DNA of 64,000 nucleotides from an uncultured Acidobacteriota bacterium (GCA_964617125.1 CAZTVS010000002.1:5369-69368), one strand, 5' to 3'; shown: positions 10,202-20,675, counted from the first letter of the stretch. Notes: generated by a model from the letters alone, not told the origin. Numbers and translations: made by a program.

Positions 10202-13200
10202 ATGAACAAAAAAATTCTACTTCTTGCATTGGCAATGGTTCTTGCCTTTTATCCTGTTGCCTATGCGCAGTTTGAATCCGCCTCTGTGTTGGGAACGGTG
10301 CGAGACCCAACCGGAGCCGTGATCCCCGGAGCTACGATAACGATACGCAACGTAGAAACCGGGATTACGACCACAGCGGTAACCGACGATGCCGGCAACT
10401 ACATTATCCTGAATGTCCGCAACGGCACCTATACGGTACGTGCGGAAATGCCGGGCTTCTCGGCGGCCGTCGCCGAAAACGTGAAAGTAACGGTCAACGC
10501 CCGCCAGCGCGTCGACTTGGCCATGACGGTGGGCAACATCAGCGAGAGCGTTGTGGTCACCGGAGCCGCCAAACTGGTGGAGACCGATTCCAGCGACCGC
10601 GGAACGGTCATTGCAAGAGAACAGATCGTCAACCTGCCGCTGAACGGGCGCGCCTATGCCGATCTGGCCCTGCTCTCGCCGGGTGTCCGCAAATCGGCCA
10701 TTTCCACTTCCCGTGACGCCTCCTTTAACGTTCACGGGTTGCGCAGCTCCCTGAACAATTTCACCCTGGACGGCGTGGACAACAACTCTTACGGCACCTC
10801 CAATCAGGGATTTTCCAACCAGGTGGTCCAGGTTTCACCGGATGCGGTGGCCGAATTCAAGGTACAGACCAATAACTATTCCGCCGAATTCGGACGGGCC
10901 GGGGGAGCGGTGATCAACGCCTCGCTACGTGCCGGTACCAACCAGCTGCGCGGCTCGGTATGGGAGTTTCACCGCAACACAGTGCTCAATGCCGTGGGTT
11001 TCTTTAAACCCACCGCCGGTATCAAACCGGTGTTGATCCGCAACCAGTTCGGATTCGCCCTGGGCGGCCCCATCGTAAAGGACAAAGCCTTTTTCTTTAT
11101 CGACTATGAGGGCTTCCGGCAGATCCAGCGCAGCATCCGTTTCGCCAGTATCCCGACCATGGCTCAGCGTAGCGGCGTCCTGGGAAAGAACATACGTAAC
11201 CCTCTGACCGGAGAGACCTACACCGGAGGAGTACCGGAAAACCTGATCACTCCTTTCGCCCAAAAGGTACTTTCGCAACTGCCGGCACCCACCCGCTCCG
11301 GAATCGCCAATAATTACGATTCGCTTCCGGCACAAAAAGACTACAACGACAAGTTCAACATCAAGCTGGACTACCAATTTTCATCCAAGGTTAGTACTTT
11401 CGCCCGCATCAGCCACCGCAAGATGAACAATTACGAACCGGCCACCATCCCCGGACCTGCCGGAGGAGACGCCAACGGCTATGTCGGTACACTGAACCAA
11501 CAGCTGGCCACAGGCCTCACCTATACCATGTCACCGGAGAAACTGCTCGAATTTCGTCTGGGAGTTTCCAAAACCGAAGCCGGGAAAAACGGCATCAACC
11601 AGGGAGGAGCGGGCATGCAGGAACTGTACGGCATTTCCGGGACACCCACCGATTCCCGCTTTGCCGGAGGCCTGCTCAAGCAGTCGATCAGCGGTTGGAC
11701 TGCTTTTGGACGCCAGGAATCGAATCCGCAGTTTCAGAATCCCACTGTCTGGAATCCACGGGTCAATTTTTCCTGGATCAAGGGGCGCATGAGCTGGAAG
11801 GCAGGCTATGAATACCAGGCCATCGCCACCGACATCGACGACGTCAATCCGAAATATGGTCGCGACACCTATGGAGGCCAGTTTACCAGGCCATCGGGAG
11901 CCTCCTCTGATTCCGCCACCTACAATTTGGCCGACTTTCTTCTGGGCCTGCGCAGTAACTATGCCGTCGTCAATTCGTTCATTTTCCAGCTGCGGCAACG
12001 CATGCACTTCTTCTTCGTGCAAAACGACTGGAAGGTGAACAGCAAGCTGACCATGAACATGGGTTTGCGCTATGAACTCGGCACGCCACAATGGGAGAAG
12101 AGCAACTACCTGACCAACTTCGATCCGTCAACCCAGACGCTGCTTGCCGCCAAGGACGGCTCGATCTATGATCGGTCCCTGGTCAATCCCGATCGTAACA
12201 ACTTCGCTCCGCGTATCGGACTGGCCTATACTCCGACGTCACGTACGGTCATCCGGGCCGGTTATGGAGTGAGCTATGTGCACTTCAACCGTCTCGGCGG
12301 CGAAAATCTGCTCTCCTTCAACGGGCCCCATGTCGTTGAGGTGAACATCGACCAGCTGACATCCCAGCCGTTGTGTGTCGGCAATGCCGATCCGACCACC
12401 TGTTTCCGGACCACCCAGATGGGCTATCCGACGGGATACAACATTCCCTCCCGGTTCGATCCCCTGAAGGCCCGGGTCAACTACATACCCTCGAATACCC
12501 GGACCGGCTATGTACAGAGCTGGCATCTGACCACCCAATGGGAGCTGATCCCCAACCTGCTGCTGGACGTAGGTTATATCGGCAACAAGAGCACCAAACT
12601 GGTCATCCTGGGAGATTACAACCAGGCGAGACCGAACAATGTCGGCGAAAGCCTCTCCTTGCAGGCTAGAAGGCCACTGTCCAAATACCAATTCATCCAG
12701 GCGGCCTTCCCCGGAGGGTTCGCCAATTACCACGCTATGCAGATCAAGCTGGAACGCCGATTCACCGGTGGCTTCTACGCCCTGAATGCCTTCACATGGT
12801 CGAAAGGGATCGACAATGCCTCGGGACACCTGGAATTCCAGAACGGAGACAACAGCCGGGTGAACATGCTCGATATGAGCTACAACAGGGGGCTCTCGGG
12901 CTATGATCAACCTTTCAATAACACCACCAGTTTTGTCTACGATATTCCCTTCGGTCGAGGACGTACTTATGGATCGGGGATTCATTCAGTCCTGGATGCC
13001 GTAGCCGGAGGCTGGCGTCTGACTGGCATCAATACCATGACCAGTGGAGTGCCGATCAATCTGAACTACAGTCCGACATCCCTGCAGTCGGTCAGCGGTG
13101 CGCCCACGTACCGTCCGAATATTTCAGGAGAAATGTATTCCAGCGAAAAATCACCGACCAATTACTTCAACAAAACCAACATCACCGTACCCACGGATGT

Positions 13201-13456
13201 GAGCAAACCATTCGGCAACGCCGGACGCAATACCGGCCGAAGTCACGGTTTCTACCAGCTTGATATGGGATTGCATAAGGATTTCCGGCTGTTCCGGGAG
13301 GAAAACCGGCTCGAATTCCGGGCTGAATTTTTCAACCTGCTGAACAAGTCCAACTTCCAATCGGCCAACGGCAACCGCAGTTCCAGCTCCTTCGGGACGA
13401 TCAGTTCTACCTATCCGGCCCGGCAGATTCAGTTCGGCCTGAAACTTTACTTCTGA
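10202..13456 (+). CDS. TonB-dependent receptor with N-terminal carboxypeptidase-regulatory-like domain (Acidobacteria/Oar type)
   Basis: Signal peptide MNKKILLL...[23 protein letters not shown], plug [23 protein letters not shown], and terminal [14 protein letters not shown] at 10202 preferred. Confidence 0.93.
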   Translation: MNKKILLLALAMVLAFYPVAYAQFESASVLGTVRDPTGAVIPGATITIRNVETGITTTAVTDDAGNYIILNVRNGTYTVRAEMPGFSAAVAENVKVTVNARQRVDLAMTVGNISESVVVTGAAKLVETDSSDRGTVIAREQIVNLPLNGRAYADLALLSPGVRKSAISTSRDASFNVHGLRSSLNNFTLDGVDNNSYGTSNQGFSNQVVQVSPDAVAEFKVQTNNYSAEFGRAGGAVINASLRAGTNQLRGSVWEFHRNTVLNAVGFFKPTAGIKPVLIRNQFGFALGGPIVKDKAFFFIDYEGFRQIQRSIRFASIPTMAQRSGVLGKNIRNPLTGETYTGGVPENLITPFAQKVLSQLPAPTRSGIANNYDSLPAQKDYNDKFNIKLDYQFSSKVSTFARISHRKMNNYEPATIPGPAGGDANGYVGTLNQQLATGLTYTMSPEKLLEFRLGVSKTEAGKNGINQGGAGMQELYGISGTPTDSRFAGGLLKQSISGWTAFGRQESNPQFQNPTVWNPRVNFSWIKGRMSWKAGYEYQAIATDIDDVNPKYGRDTYGGQFTRPSGASSDSATYNLADFLLGLRSNYAVVNSFIFQLRQRMHFFFVQNDWKVNSKLTMNMGLRYELGTPQWEKSNYLTNFDPSTQTLLAAKDGSIYDRSLVNPDRNNFAPRIGLAYTPTSRTVIRAGYGVSYVHFNRLGGENLLSFNGPHVVEVNIDQLTSQPLCVGNADPTTCFRTTQMGYPTGYNIPSRFDPLKARVNYIPSNTRTGYVQSWHLTTQWELIPNLLLDVGYIGNKSTKLVILGDYNQARPNNVGESLSLQARRPLSKYQFIQAAFPGGFANYHAMQIKLERRFTGGFYALNAFTWSKGIDNASGHLEFQNGDNSRVNMLDMSYNRGLSGYDQPFNNTTSFVYDIPFGRGRTYGSGIHSVLDAVAGGWRLTGINTMTSGVPINLNYSPTSLQSVSGAPTYRPNISGEMYSSEKSPTNYFNKTNITVPTDVSKPFGNAGRNTGRSHGFYQLDMGLHKDFRLFREENRLEFRAEFFNLLNKSNFQSANGNRSSSSFGTISSTYPARQIQFGLKLYF

Positions 13457-13517
13457 TGTCATTTCGCTAGCCGTCCGTTCTTTTCAGACGGGCGGCTACG
13501 CAACCCGTACCTCCTCC

Positions 13518-13559
13518 AGCCGGTCCCGGAGCCACGCTTCCGGGACCGGCTTTTTTTTT
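13518..13559 (+). terminator. Rho-independent terminator
   Basis: 13-bp stem AGCCGGTCCCGGA / TCCGGGACCGGCT followed by a run of T residues, downstream of the receptor gene. Confidence 0.85.
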
Positions 13560-13627
13560 CGAATTTTGCAATTCCGGATTACTTACTACAAAATCCAGAA
13601 GGAGAAAGATTTCACCGACGAGGCACT

Positions 13628-15208
13628 ATGAAACATCCCAGCTGGAAGCGATTCTTTTTTCTGTTTTCCTTGCCGCTGCTGCTTCTGGCGGTTGCCTTCC
13701 CTTATGGGTGCAACCGGGACAGATCCTTTCCGGACGGTAGGGGCACCAAAAAACTCAAGGTACTGGACGATATCGCCGACAAACGTGTCGGGGTTTATCT
13801 GGGTACGGTTCACGATGCCTTTGTAGCCAATACCTACCCCCGGGCAACCATCTTTCGATACAGCAGCACGGCCGATATACTGCTGTCGATTCGTAACGAC
13901 AAGATCGATGTCGCCCTGCTGGACGCCATCAGTGCCCGTGTGCTGCTCAAGAAAAACACCGATCTCGGTATTCTGACCGAAGATGCTTTAACGCAACCGT
14001 TGGGAGTAGGCTTCCACAAAGGAAATCCCCAGCTGAGGGACCAATTCAACCGTTTTCTGGCCGGGCTGCGCTCCGATGGCACCTACACCCGGATGGTACA
14101 GCGCTGGTGTACGGGCGATGCCGAACAGGCAGTCATGCCGGAGATCGAACTGCCCGAGCAAGGAGAACCGATCCGCCTGGCGGTGGCAATCGCCGATCTG
14201 CCCTATGTCGCGGTAATCAACAATCGCTACGCCGGTTTGGACATAGAACTGGCGCAAAGATTCGCCGCGGCGACAGGTCGTCCCCTCAGGATTGCCACCA
14301 TGGAATTCAGCGCACTGATCGCTGCCCTGGCCTCGGGCAAAGCCGATATGATTGCCGACGGCATCTCCATCACAGAAGAACGCAGCCGTCAGATAGACTT
14401 TTCCGACAGCTATCTCGAATTCCGCACGGCAGTGGTAGCCAGAAAAGAAAATCTTGCTGTCGCCGTCGACACCACCGCCACCGGATTCGCTTCTTCCGAT
14501 GGCAAGACACCGGAGGACCGCAAAGGATTTCTGGCGAGCCTCGCCGATAGTTTTTACAGCAATATCATTCTCGAAGACCGCTATCTGCTCATCCTGGACG
14601 GACTGAAGACCACACTGATCCTGTCCTTTCTGTCTGCCGTGCTGGGAACACTGCTGGGAGCTATGATCTGTTCCATGCGCCTGGCCGAAAACGGGATGAT
14701 TCGCTCCGCCGCCAAAGTCTATATCTCGCTTCTTCAGGGCACCCCGGTCCTGGTCTTCCTGATGATCCTCTTTTACGTGGTCTTTGCCGGGATCGACTGG
14801 GATCCGATCTGGGTGGCAGTGCTGGCTTTTGGGATGAATTTTGCCGCCTACGTCTCGGAAATGTTCCGCACCGGCATCGAAAGCATCGACCGCGGACAGA
14901 GGGAAGCGGCAATAGCCACCGGCTTCACCCGGACAGAAACCTTCCTCTATATCATTCTGCCTCAGGCCATCCGGCTCATTTTGCCTGTTTACAAAGGCGA
15001 GCTGATCTCTCTGATCAAGATGACTTCCATCGTAGGATATATCGCCGTACAGGATTTGACCAAGGCCAGCGACATCATCCGCAGCCGAACCTTTGACGCC
15101 TTTTTCCCTCTGATCATGGTGGCGGTCCTGTATTTCGCCCTGGCGGGATTGTTCGTGCTGGGACTCAACTATATCGATCGAAAAACCAGCCCTCAGCGGC
15201 TACGGTAG
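13628..15208 (+). CDS. Polar amino-acid ABC transporter: tandem substrate-binding (SBP_bac_3) regions fused to permease (GlnP-like)
   Basis: SBP motifs (GLDIELAQRFA, FSALIAALASGKADMIADGISITEERSRQIDFSDSY) and C-terminal permease with GTPVLV and EAA loop AYVSEMFRTGIESIDRGQREAA. Confidence 0.9.
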   Translation: MKHPSWKRFFFLFSLPLLLLAVAFPYGCNRDRSFPDGRGTKKLKVLDDIADKRVGVYLGTVHDAFVANTYPRATIFRYSSTADILLSIRNDKIDVALLDAISARVLLKKNTDLGILTEDALTQPLGVGFHKGNPQLRDQFNRFLAGLRSDGTYTRMVQRWCTGDAEQAVMPEIELPEQGEPIRLAVAIADLPYVAVINNRYAGLDIELAQRFAAATGRPLRIATMEFSALIAALASGKADMIADGISITEERSRQIDFSDSYLEFRTAVVARKENLAVAVDTTATGFASSDGKTPEDRKGFLASLADSFYSNIILEDRYLLILDGLKTTLILSFLSAVLGTLLGAMICSMRLAENGMIRSAAKVYISLLQGTPVLVFLMILFYVVFAGIDWDPIWVAVLAFGMNFAAYVSEMFRTGIESIDRGQREAAIATGFTRTETFLYIILPQAIRLILPVYKGELISLIKMTSIVGYIAVQDLTKASDIIRSRTFDAFFPLIMVAVLYFALAGLFVLGLNYIDRKTSPQRLR

Positions 15209-15209
15209 A

Positions 15210-15327
15210 AGAAGACGGAAGACAGGAATCAGGAGCCAGTAGCTAGTAGCCAGAATAAATGCTGTAGACCTGAAGAATTCAAACTTGATTTTGCATTCTG
15301 AATTCTGATTTCTGGATTCTGGATTCT
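15210..15327. repeat. Head-to-head degenerate heptamer arrays
   Basis: Left array: AGAAGAC GGAAGAC AGGAATC AGGAGCC AGTAGCT AGTAGCC AGAAT (15210-15256). Right array: ATTCTGA ATTCTGA TTTCTGG ATTCTGG ATTCT (15295-15327), which reads AGAATYC-type units on the minus strand. Confidence 0.7.
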
Positions 15328-15338
15328 TTTAAGGAAGT

Positions 15339-15440
15339 CCCCATCCTATGGTCGCCAGGGCACGGCACGCCGTGCCCCTACTCCATATTTTTCGGAATGA
15401 GTGTAGGAATGGTTGAATATGGGGCTTTTACGACGATTGC
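15339..15440 (-). repeat. Inverted, truncated copy of the REP-doublet cassette
   Basis: Reverse complement GTAGGGGCACGGCGTGCCGTGCCCTGGCGACCATAGGATGGGG matches the cassette starting at 1925. The upstream CTACACTCATTCCGAAAAATAT matches CTACATTCATTCTAAAAAATAT at about 20529-20550. Confidence 0.75.
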
Positions 15441-15442
15441 GT

Positions 15443-16744
15443 TTATAACAGGATTTTCTGTTGTGCTGGGTCGAAACGGGCCGCCTTCCCTGCCCGGGAG
15501 GCCATCATTCCCATGATCAGGGCTGTCTGGGTGTAATAGGCCAGTTCCGCGGTGCTCTTGGTATTCGGCTGCTTGGCGCGACAACATTCCAGGAAGTGTT
15601 CCCAATAGCCGACCATCTCCTCGTCGTGTTCAATGGCGAATTTCTGGGGTTTGGCCTTGGACCCTTCCGCCGGAAAGAAAACTATTTCCTTGCCCGCTAT
15701 AGTCAAGGAGCCTTCCCAGCCGCGAATCACCGGGATGCGCTGGCCGGCACCGCGACTGCCGGTGGCCGGATAATTGTTCCCCTGGGTGCCCATTACGGCG
15801 ACGGTGACCTTCTCCGGATAATCGATGAGCATCTGGAAGCTGTCGGGGATCTCGCGCTCCTGGTAACGCAGTTTACCTCCGACGGCTACCACCAGAGACG
15901 GCATCTTCACCCCAAGGATATACAGGACAGGCGTCAGCGAGTGAGGATAGAGATCGGTGACCGGACCGCCGGCATAATCCTCATACATACGCCAGCGGAA
16001 AAACCGGCTTACATCAAAGGGCCGCTTCTCGGAATCGCCCAGGAAAGCTTCCCAGTTCAGATCCGGTCCGGGTTTCGCGTTGGCATCGTCGATCGGCATG
16101 CCACGTTCGCCCCAATCCCCTACCCGGAAATAGCCGCATTCCGCGTGAATCGGCTGCCCGATCAGCCCGTCCTGAACCAGTTTTTTCATCTGATGCCAGG
16201 CGCTATCGGACATGCCTTGCGTCCCCAGCTGAAAGACGCGTCCCGTCTTTTTCACCTCTTCGTCCAGTCTCTTGATCAGATCGAACTGCCGCCAGTGGGT
16301 AACCGGTTTTTCACAGTAGACATCCTTGCCGGCCTTCAGGGCATCGATGGCCTGATAGCCGTGGATGTGGTCCGGGGTGGCGATGCAGGCGATATCCACA
16401 TTCGGATCGTGCAGCAGCTCTCGATGATCCATATACCCTTTGGCTTTCGTATACTCTGCGGCCTTCTGCATACGGGGGCGATAGACGTCGCATACCGCGG
16501 TCACCTCCACCTGGCGGTCGTTGTCCTTCAGCCATTGAATCGATTTGATATGGGAGTTGCTCCTCCCGCCGCATCCTATAATTCCGACACCGATGCGGTC
16601 ATTGGCCCCCAGAACCCGCCCGGTGGCGGCAATCGCCGGAAAAGCTGTGACGGTCGCGGCCCCAGCTGAAGTCGCGCTTAAAAAGGAACGTCGGTTCATT
16701 TCGGACGACTGTTTCGGTTTCGAGGATTTATCTCTCATTGTCAC
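15443..16744 (-). CDS. Gfo/Idh/MocA family oxidoreductase, Tat-exported
   Basis: Twin-arginine motif NRRSFL, IGVGIIGCGGR Rossmann fold, IATPDHIH, and YCEKP. GTG start with RBS. Confidence 0.92.
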   Translation of the reverse strand: MTMRDKSSKPKQSSEMNRRSFLSATSAGAATVTAFPAIAATGRVLGANDRIGVGIIGCGGRSNSHIKSIQWLKDNDRQVEVTAVCDVYRPRMQKAAEYTKAKGYMDHRELLHDPNVDIACIATPDHIHGYQAIDALKAGKDVYCEKPVTHWRQFDLIKRLDEEVKKTGRVFQLGTQGMSDSAWHQMKKLVQDGLIGQPIHAECGYFRVGDWGERGMPIDDANAKPGPDLNWEAFLGDSEKRPFDVSRFFRWRMYEDYAGGPVTDLYPHSLTPVLYILGVKMPSLVVAVGGKLRYQEREIPDSFQMLIDYPEKVTVAVMGTQGNNYPATGSRGAGQRIPVIRGWEGSLTIAGKEIVFFPAEGSKAKPQKFAIEHDEEMVGYWEHFLECCRAKQPNTKSTAELAYYTQTALIMGMMASRAGKAARFDPAQQKILL

Positions 16745-16781
16745 CTCTCCATGATGATTCTATTTCTTTTGCCACACTGGG

Positions 16782-16864
16782 GGGGCAACCGCAAGAGTTG
16801 CCCCTACCGGAGCCGCCTCCAGGATGATTCTACATCTTCTGCCGCACTGGGGTGCGGCGCTCCC
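16782..16864. repeat. Two REP-like hairpins between the isomerase and oxidoreductase genes
   Basis: GGGGCAAC-CGCAAGA-GTTGCCCC-TAC (GTAG-type on the minus strand, 16782-16807) and GCCGCAC-TGGG-GTGCGGC-GCTCCC (16841-16864). Confidence 0.65.
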
Positions 16865-16876
16865 GGTCCTTTGGTT

Positions 16877-17719
16877 TCATTCTCCCTGGCGGATCCGTGG
16901 TGTCAGGTAGGAGAAGCTGCGCTCCGCCTGCTCCACCGTTCCGCACTCCACGGAAAAAACAATGTCCCTGGGAGCCCGGCGACAGATCTCGATCACCCGG
17001 TCCCAATCCGTCACACCATCCCCGCAGGCACAGCCGACGGGTGTACCGGTCACCTTGCCCCTCTCCGCTTCGGATTGAGCCACGGAGATATCTTTGGCGT
17101 GCAAGTGCACCAGGCGGCCGGCGACATGTTCCAGCCAGGCGAGCGGATCCTGTCCGGCCAGGAAACTGTTGCCGGTATCGAAATTGATCCCGATGGAAGG
17201 AGAGGAGACCAGATGACAGATGCGATCCAGGCCTTCTGGAGTCTTGCTGTACTGCTGGTGCGGCTCCAGGCCGATCAGGATTCCGCGAGGTTCGGCCACC
17301 AGCGCTGCCTCCTGCAGTACATAGCGCATAAGCACATGATCCTCTTCAGCGGTAGTCCAGGTCCTTTTAGGCCCTTCGTCGGTGTTGACCACCGGCGCCC
17401 CGCATTCGAAGGCAAAGCGTATGGCCTGTTTCAGGTATTCGGTGCTGATCTCCGGTTTGCACAGGGGACAGTGTCCGGAAAGGCCCGAAAGCCGCACACC
17501 TGCCCGATCGCATGCCCGTCGGATACGATAGGGATCGTCCAGCATGGAAACACTGTGGAAATATCCGGCTTCGCTGAGCAGTTCACGCCCGAGATGCACC
17601 ATCGGTTCGACATATTCATAACCGATGGCAGCGGCTTTCTCCACTCCCCATTCGAAGGATTTATCCTCGTGCCGCACAAACTCCAGATTGATGCCGATAC
17701 CGATTTTTCCCATGGGCAT
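16877..17719 (-). CDS. Sugar phosphate isomerase/epimerase family TIM barrel (AP_endonuc_2)
   Basis: Metal motifs IGLEPH, INFDTGN, HLHAKD, G.G.TDW, and SVE. Confidence 0.88.
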   Translation of the reverse strand: MPMGKIGIGINLEFVRHEDKSFEWGVEKAAAIGYEYVEPMVHLGRELLSEAGYFHSVSMLDDPYRIRRACDRAGVRLSGLSGHCPLCKPEISTEYLKQAIRFAFECGAPVVNTDEGPKRTWTTAEEDHVLMRYVLQEAALVAEPRGILIGLEPHQQYSKTPEGLDRICHLVSSPSIGINFDTGNSFLAGQDPLAWLEHVAGRLVHLHAKDISVAQSEAERGKVTGTPVGCACGDGVTDWDRVIEICRRAPRDIVFSVECGTVEQAERSFSYLTPRIRQGE

Positions 17720-17960
17720 GTCCCTCCGTCGGGTGTGACCCTTTTTCGTCGGATTCTATGGTTCTTGCTGACTTCGTCTTGCCCATCATCATGACACTAT
17801 TTCCACTTCCATGTCCAGACGAAATTATCGTATATGGGACTCTACACGGTCCTGTTCACCGGCTGAGATCGGCAAATTCGTACAAGAGACCGACACGGAG
17901 GGCTACCAGCCTTTTCTCCCGACTGTAAGGTCTGTGCTATTCTCGGAAGGATACGTAACC

Positions 17961-18539
17961 TTATGCCCGGGGGTGGCGCAACTCCCACACGGCGCGGCTC
18001 ACCAGGTAGGCACCCAAACCGACAATCACCAACGGCCACCAGTCGCGCAGCCAATCCAGGGAAATATCGAACAGGGTACGAGCCAGTCCGATCGCACCGA
18101 TCAGGATCAGCAGAACCCCGCTGGCCAGGTTTCCTTCCCTGGATGCATTTTTATATACCTCGGGATTTTCATAAGATTCCGTACGGTACATCATGCGGTT
18201 GACAAAAACGGCACGACGATAAGCGTCCACCAGGTTGAACATCCAGAAGAAACCCAGAAACATTCCCAGGAATGGGAAGATGGCCGTATGGTCCAGGGCA
18301 TCCACGTGTAAAATGCCGATCAAAGAGGCCACTACCGTGAAGTTGACAAATCCCTGACGGTAATAACCGAGATAAACCTGACCCAGGCCGGGCATAAAGG
18401 AGAGAACCGTAGCTAAAAATGGTGATTTACAGCAGAGATCTGCGGTAAACGCCGCGGATGGCCGTATTGTGGATGGCTCCGAAACCGGTTGGGGAGGTAT
18501 CGCGCCAAACATCGGTTGTGCTTCCGTATAACTATTCAT
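17961..18539 (-). CDS. Membrane protein of unknown function (N-terminal PGLGQVYLG hairpin; C-terminal DUF5668/LiaF-like helices)
   Basis: LSFMPGLGQVYLGYY, several hydrophobic helices, and C-terminal GVLLILIGAIGL...WWPLVIVGLG. RBS GAGGAG precedes ATG 18539. Confidence 0.6.
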   Translation of the reverse strand: MNSYTEAQPMFGAIPPQPVSEPSTIRPSAAFTADLCCKSPFLATVLSFMPGLGQVYLGYYRQGFVNFTVVASLIGILHVDALDHTAIFPFLGMFLGFFWMFNLVDAYRRAVFVNRMMYRTESYENPEVYKNASREGNLASGVLLILIGAIGLARTLFDISLDWLRDWWPLVIVGLGAYLVSRAVWELRHPRA

Positions 18540-18774
18540 GAGTTTTCTCCTCTCGTCGTTGCATAACGGCAATCCGTGTATTGCCGCACCTACCGGTCAA
18601 ACACGGGGATCGTTGTACCGTCTTATTTCATGTCCTACAGACGGTACAACGAAGGGAGAGAGGAAAAAGTTCAGCACCTCCGGGAAAAATTCGGGGCCGG
18701 CACTCTCTTGGAAGGATCTTTCATCATCCCCCTGTTCGCCGTGAGGATGCGATAAAAAGCCTGCGGGGTCCGCC

Positions 18775-20400
18775 TCATTTTCGTTCACCGGTGCCGGACG
18801 ATGGTGAAGGCAAGAATTTCTGGAGGACGGCGGAAGAGACCCACCAGATGTCATCACTGCGTGTAAAGAAGAGGAACTTCCCGTCAGGGGAGAGGATCGG
18901 GCAGTTTTCGTTGGCCGCGGTATTGATCTCCGGGCCCAGGTTCTTCGGCTCCGTCCAGGTGCCGTCGCTATTGCGAAAGCTCAGGTGGAGATCTCCCTGC
19001 CCGCTTCCACCGGGACGGTTGGAGGAGAAAACGAGGTATTCCTCGTCAGGGGCAATCAGAGCATCTCCTTCCATAGAGGTGCTGTTGATCGCATCGCCCA
19101 GGTTCTCCACTGTCCGGTATACCCCCTTGTCGAGTCTGGACCGATAGAGGTCCCGGTCGCCTCTCCCATCGGAACGAACCGACTGGAAATAGAGTGTCCC
19201 TTCCCGGGTTATGGAAGGATAAAACTCATCCGCTCCGGAATTGACCGGACTCCCCAGGTTGACCGGATCGGACCATTCCGTGCCTTTCCGCTGCGACACC
19301 CAGATATCGTAGTTATCCTGTGCATGGCCCTTCTCGTCCGGCGGACGATTGGAGCAAAAAAAGAGGCGGCTGCCGTCGGGAGACAGGAAGAGATCGACAT
19401 CGCTCCAGGTACCGGAAAAGGAGGCCGTCCTGGGTTGCGTCCACCGCTCCTTTTCCTCTTTCATGACCATGATTTTCCAGGGTCCGGCAGGAGTTTTGAC
19501 GGTGAAATAGAACTCCTTTCCGTCCGGGGTAAACACGGAGTTCAGTTCCTTCTTTTCCGTGGAAACGATGCCGTCGGCAAACACCAGCGGTATGGAAGCG
19601 GGTTTTTTCTGCGCCAGATATTCCCCCTTCCATTTCGGCATCTCCCATGGGTCGCCTTTGGCACCTGCCAGGAGCAGGAGCCGGGCAACCTGCGGATACT
19701 GCTCCCGCAGTGCAATTTGCAGAGCGGTATTCTTGTGACCATTCTTTTTATTGAGGGGAACACCGGCGGCAATCAACTGGCTGACGATTTCCTTATGTCC
19801 ATTCAGTGCAGCCAGGTGAAGGGCCGTTGAATCCTCAGGGTCCTTGTCTTTTGCGGAGGCCCCTTTCGCCAGCAGGAAACGGACAATTTCCGCCCCTCCC
19901 TGCGTCGCGGCCAGCAGCAGGGGTGTGTTGCCCTGTCCATCGATGCGTTCCAAACTGGCGCCCTTTGCCAACAGCATTTCCACGCACCGTGTGCATCCGC
20001 CTTTGACGGCCAGATGGAGCGGGGTATAGCGCAGAACGTTGTTTTGCGCATCCGCATCCGCCCCCTTCTGTAAGAGCTGCTCGACCCATAAATCCAAGCC
20101 CATGTAACAAGCCAGGTGGAGCGCGGCCATTCCTTCCTTGTCGAGCCGGTTTACGTCCGCACCCTGCGAAAGCAGGTAGCTGAATACCTCTCTATGCCTG
20201 GATAAAACCGCCTGGATGAGCGGGGTACGACCAAAGTCGTCGCCTACGTTGAGCCAATCCGGATGCTTTTCCAGCAGATCGCGAATGCTGTCCATATCCC
20301 CTCTCTGGACCGCATGATGTATCTCCCCGGACCATAACGGAGATATCTTCAGTAGTACCAGGAAAATCAACGCAAGCGATAGAATAGACGATCTCTTCAT
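18775..20400 (-). CDS. Secreted ankyrin-repeat protein fused to a PD40/TolB-like beta-propeller
   Basis: Signal peptide, about six ankyrin repeats (GRTPLIQA, GMAALHLA, YTPLHLA, GNTPLLLA, STALHLA, NTALQIA), then PD40 repeats (FTPDGKEFYF, LSPDGSRLFF, IAPDEEYLVFSS, LSPDGKFLFF). Confidence 0.88.
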   Translation of the reverse strand: MKRSSILSLALIFLVLLKISPLWSGEIHHAVQRGDMDSIRDLLEKHPDWLNVGDDFGRTPLIQAVLSRHREVFSYLLSQGADVNRLDKEGMAALHLACYMGLDLWVEQLLQKGADADAQNNVLRYTPLHLAVKGGCTRCVEMLLAKGASLERIDGQGNTPLLLAATQGGAEIVRFLLAKGASAKDKDPEDSTALHLAALNGHKEIVSQLIAAGVPLNKKNGHKNTALQIALREQYPQVARLLLLAGAKGDPWEMPKWKGEYLAQKKPASIPLVFADGIVSTEKKELNSVFTPDGKEFYFTVKTPAGPWKIMVMKEEKERWTQPRTASFSGTWSDVDLFLSPDGSRLFFCSNRPPDEKGHAQDNYDIWVSQRKGTEWSDPVNLGSPVNSGADEFYPSITREGTLYFQSVRSDGRGDRDLYRSRLDKGVYRTVENLGDAINSTSMEGDALIAPDEEYLVFSSNRPGGSGQGDLHLSFRNSDGTWTEPKNLGPEINTAANENCPILSPDGKFLFFTRSDDIWWVSSAVLQKFLPSPSSGTGERK

Positions 20401-20504
20401 GCTTCACCCCGTTCATCCGCTCGTTTCCATCAGACTAACACCGCCAGACTTATACCATGAGAGAACCACCGTTTTCCAAATCTCGATACCACATCCCTAC
20501 GGTT

Positions 20505-20671
20505 TCCAAAAAAGTCCTGGTTTTGTTTCTACATTCATTCTAAAAAATATCAGGGGCACGGCACGCCGTGCCCTGGCCACCGCAGGATGAGGGCTTCCTT
20601 TGGGCACGGCACGCCGTGCCCCTACAACAGCTGACACTATTTTCTATCGTGTGCTTTATTGCGACTTGATC
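20505..20671. repeat. Full-length copy of the REP-doublet cassette
   Basis: AGGGGCACGGCACGCCGTGCCCTGG (from 20552) ... GGGCACGGCACGCCGTGCCCCTACAACAGCTGA aligns with 1925-2010. The right end TTATTGCGACTTGATC (20656-20671) is the reverse complement of 1708-1723 at 15/16 positions. Confidence 0.8.
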
Positions 20672-20675
20672 TTCT

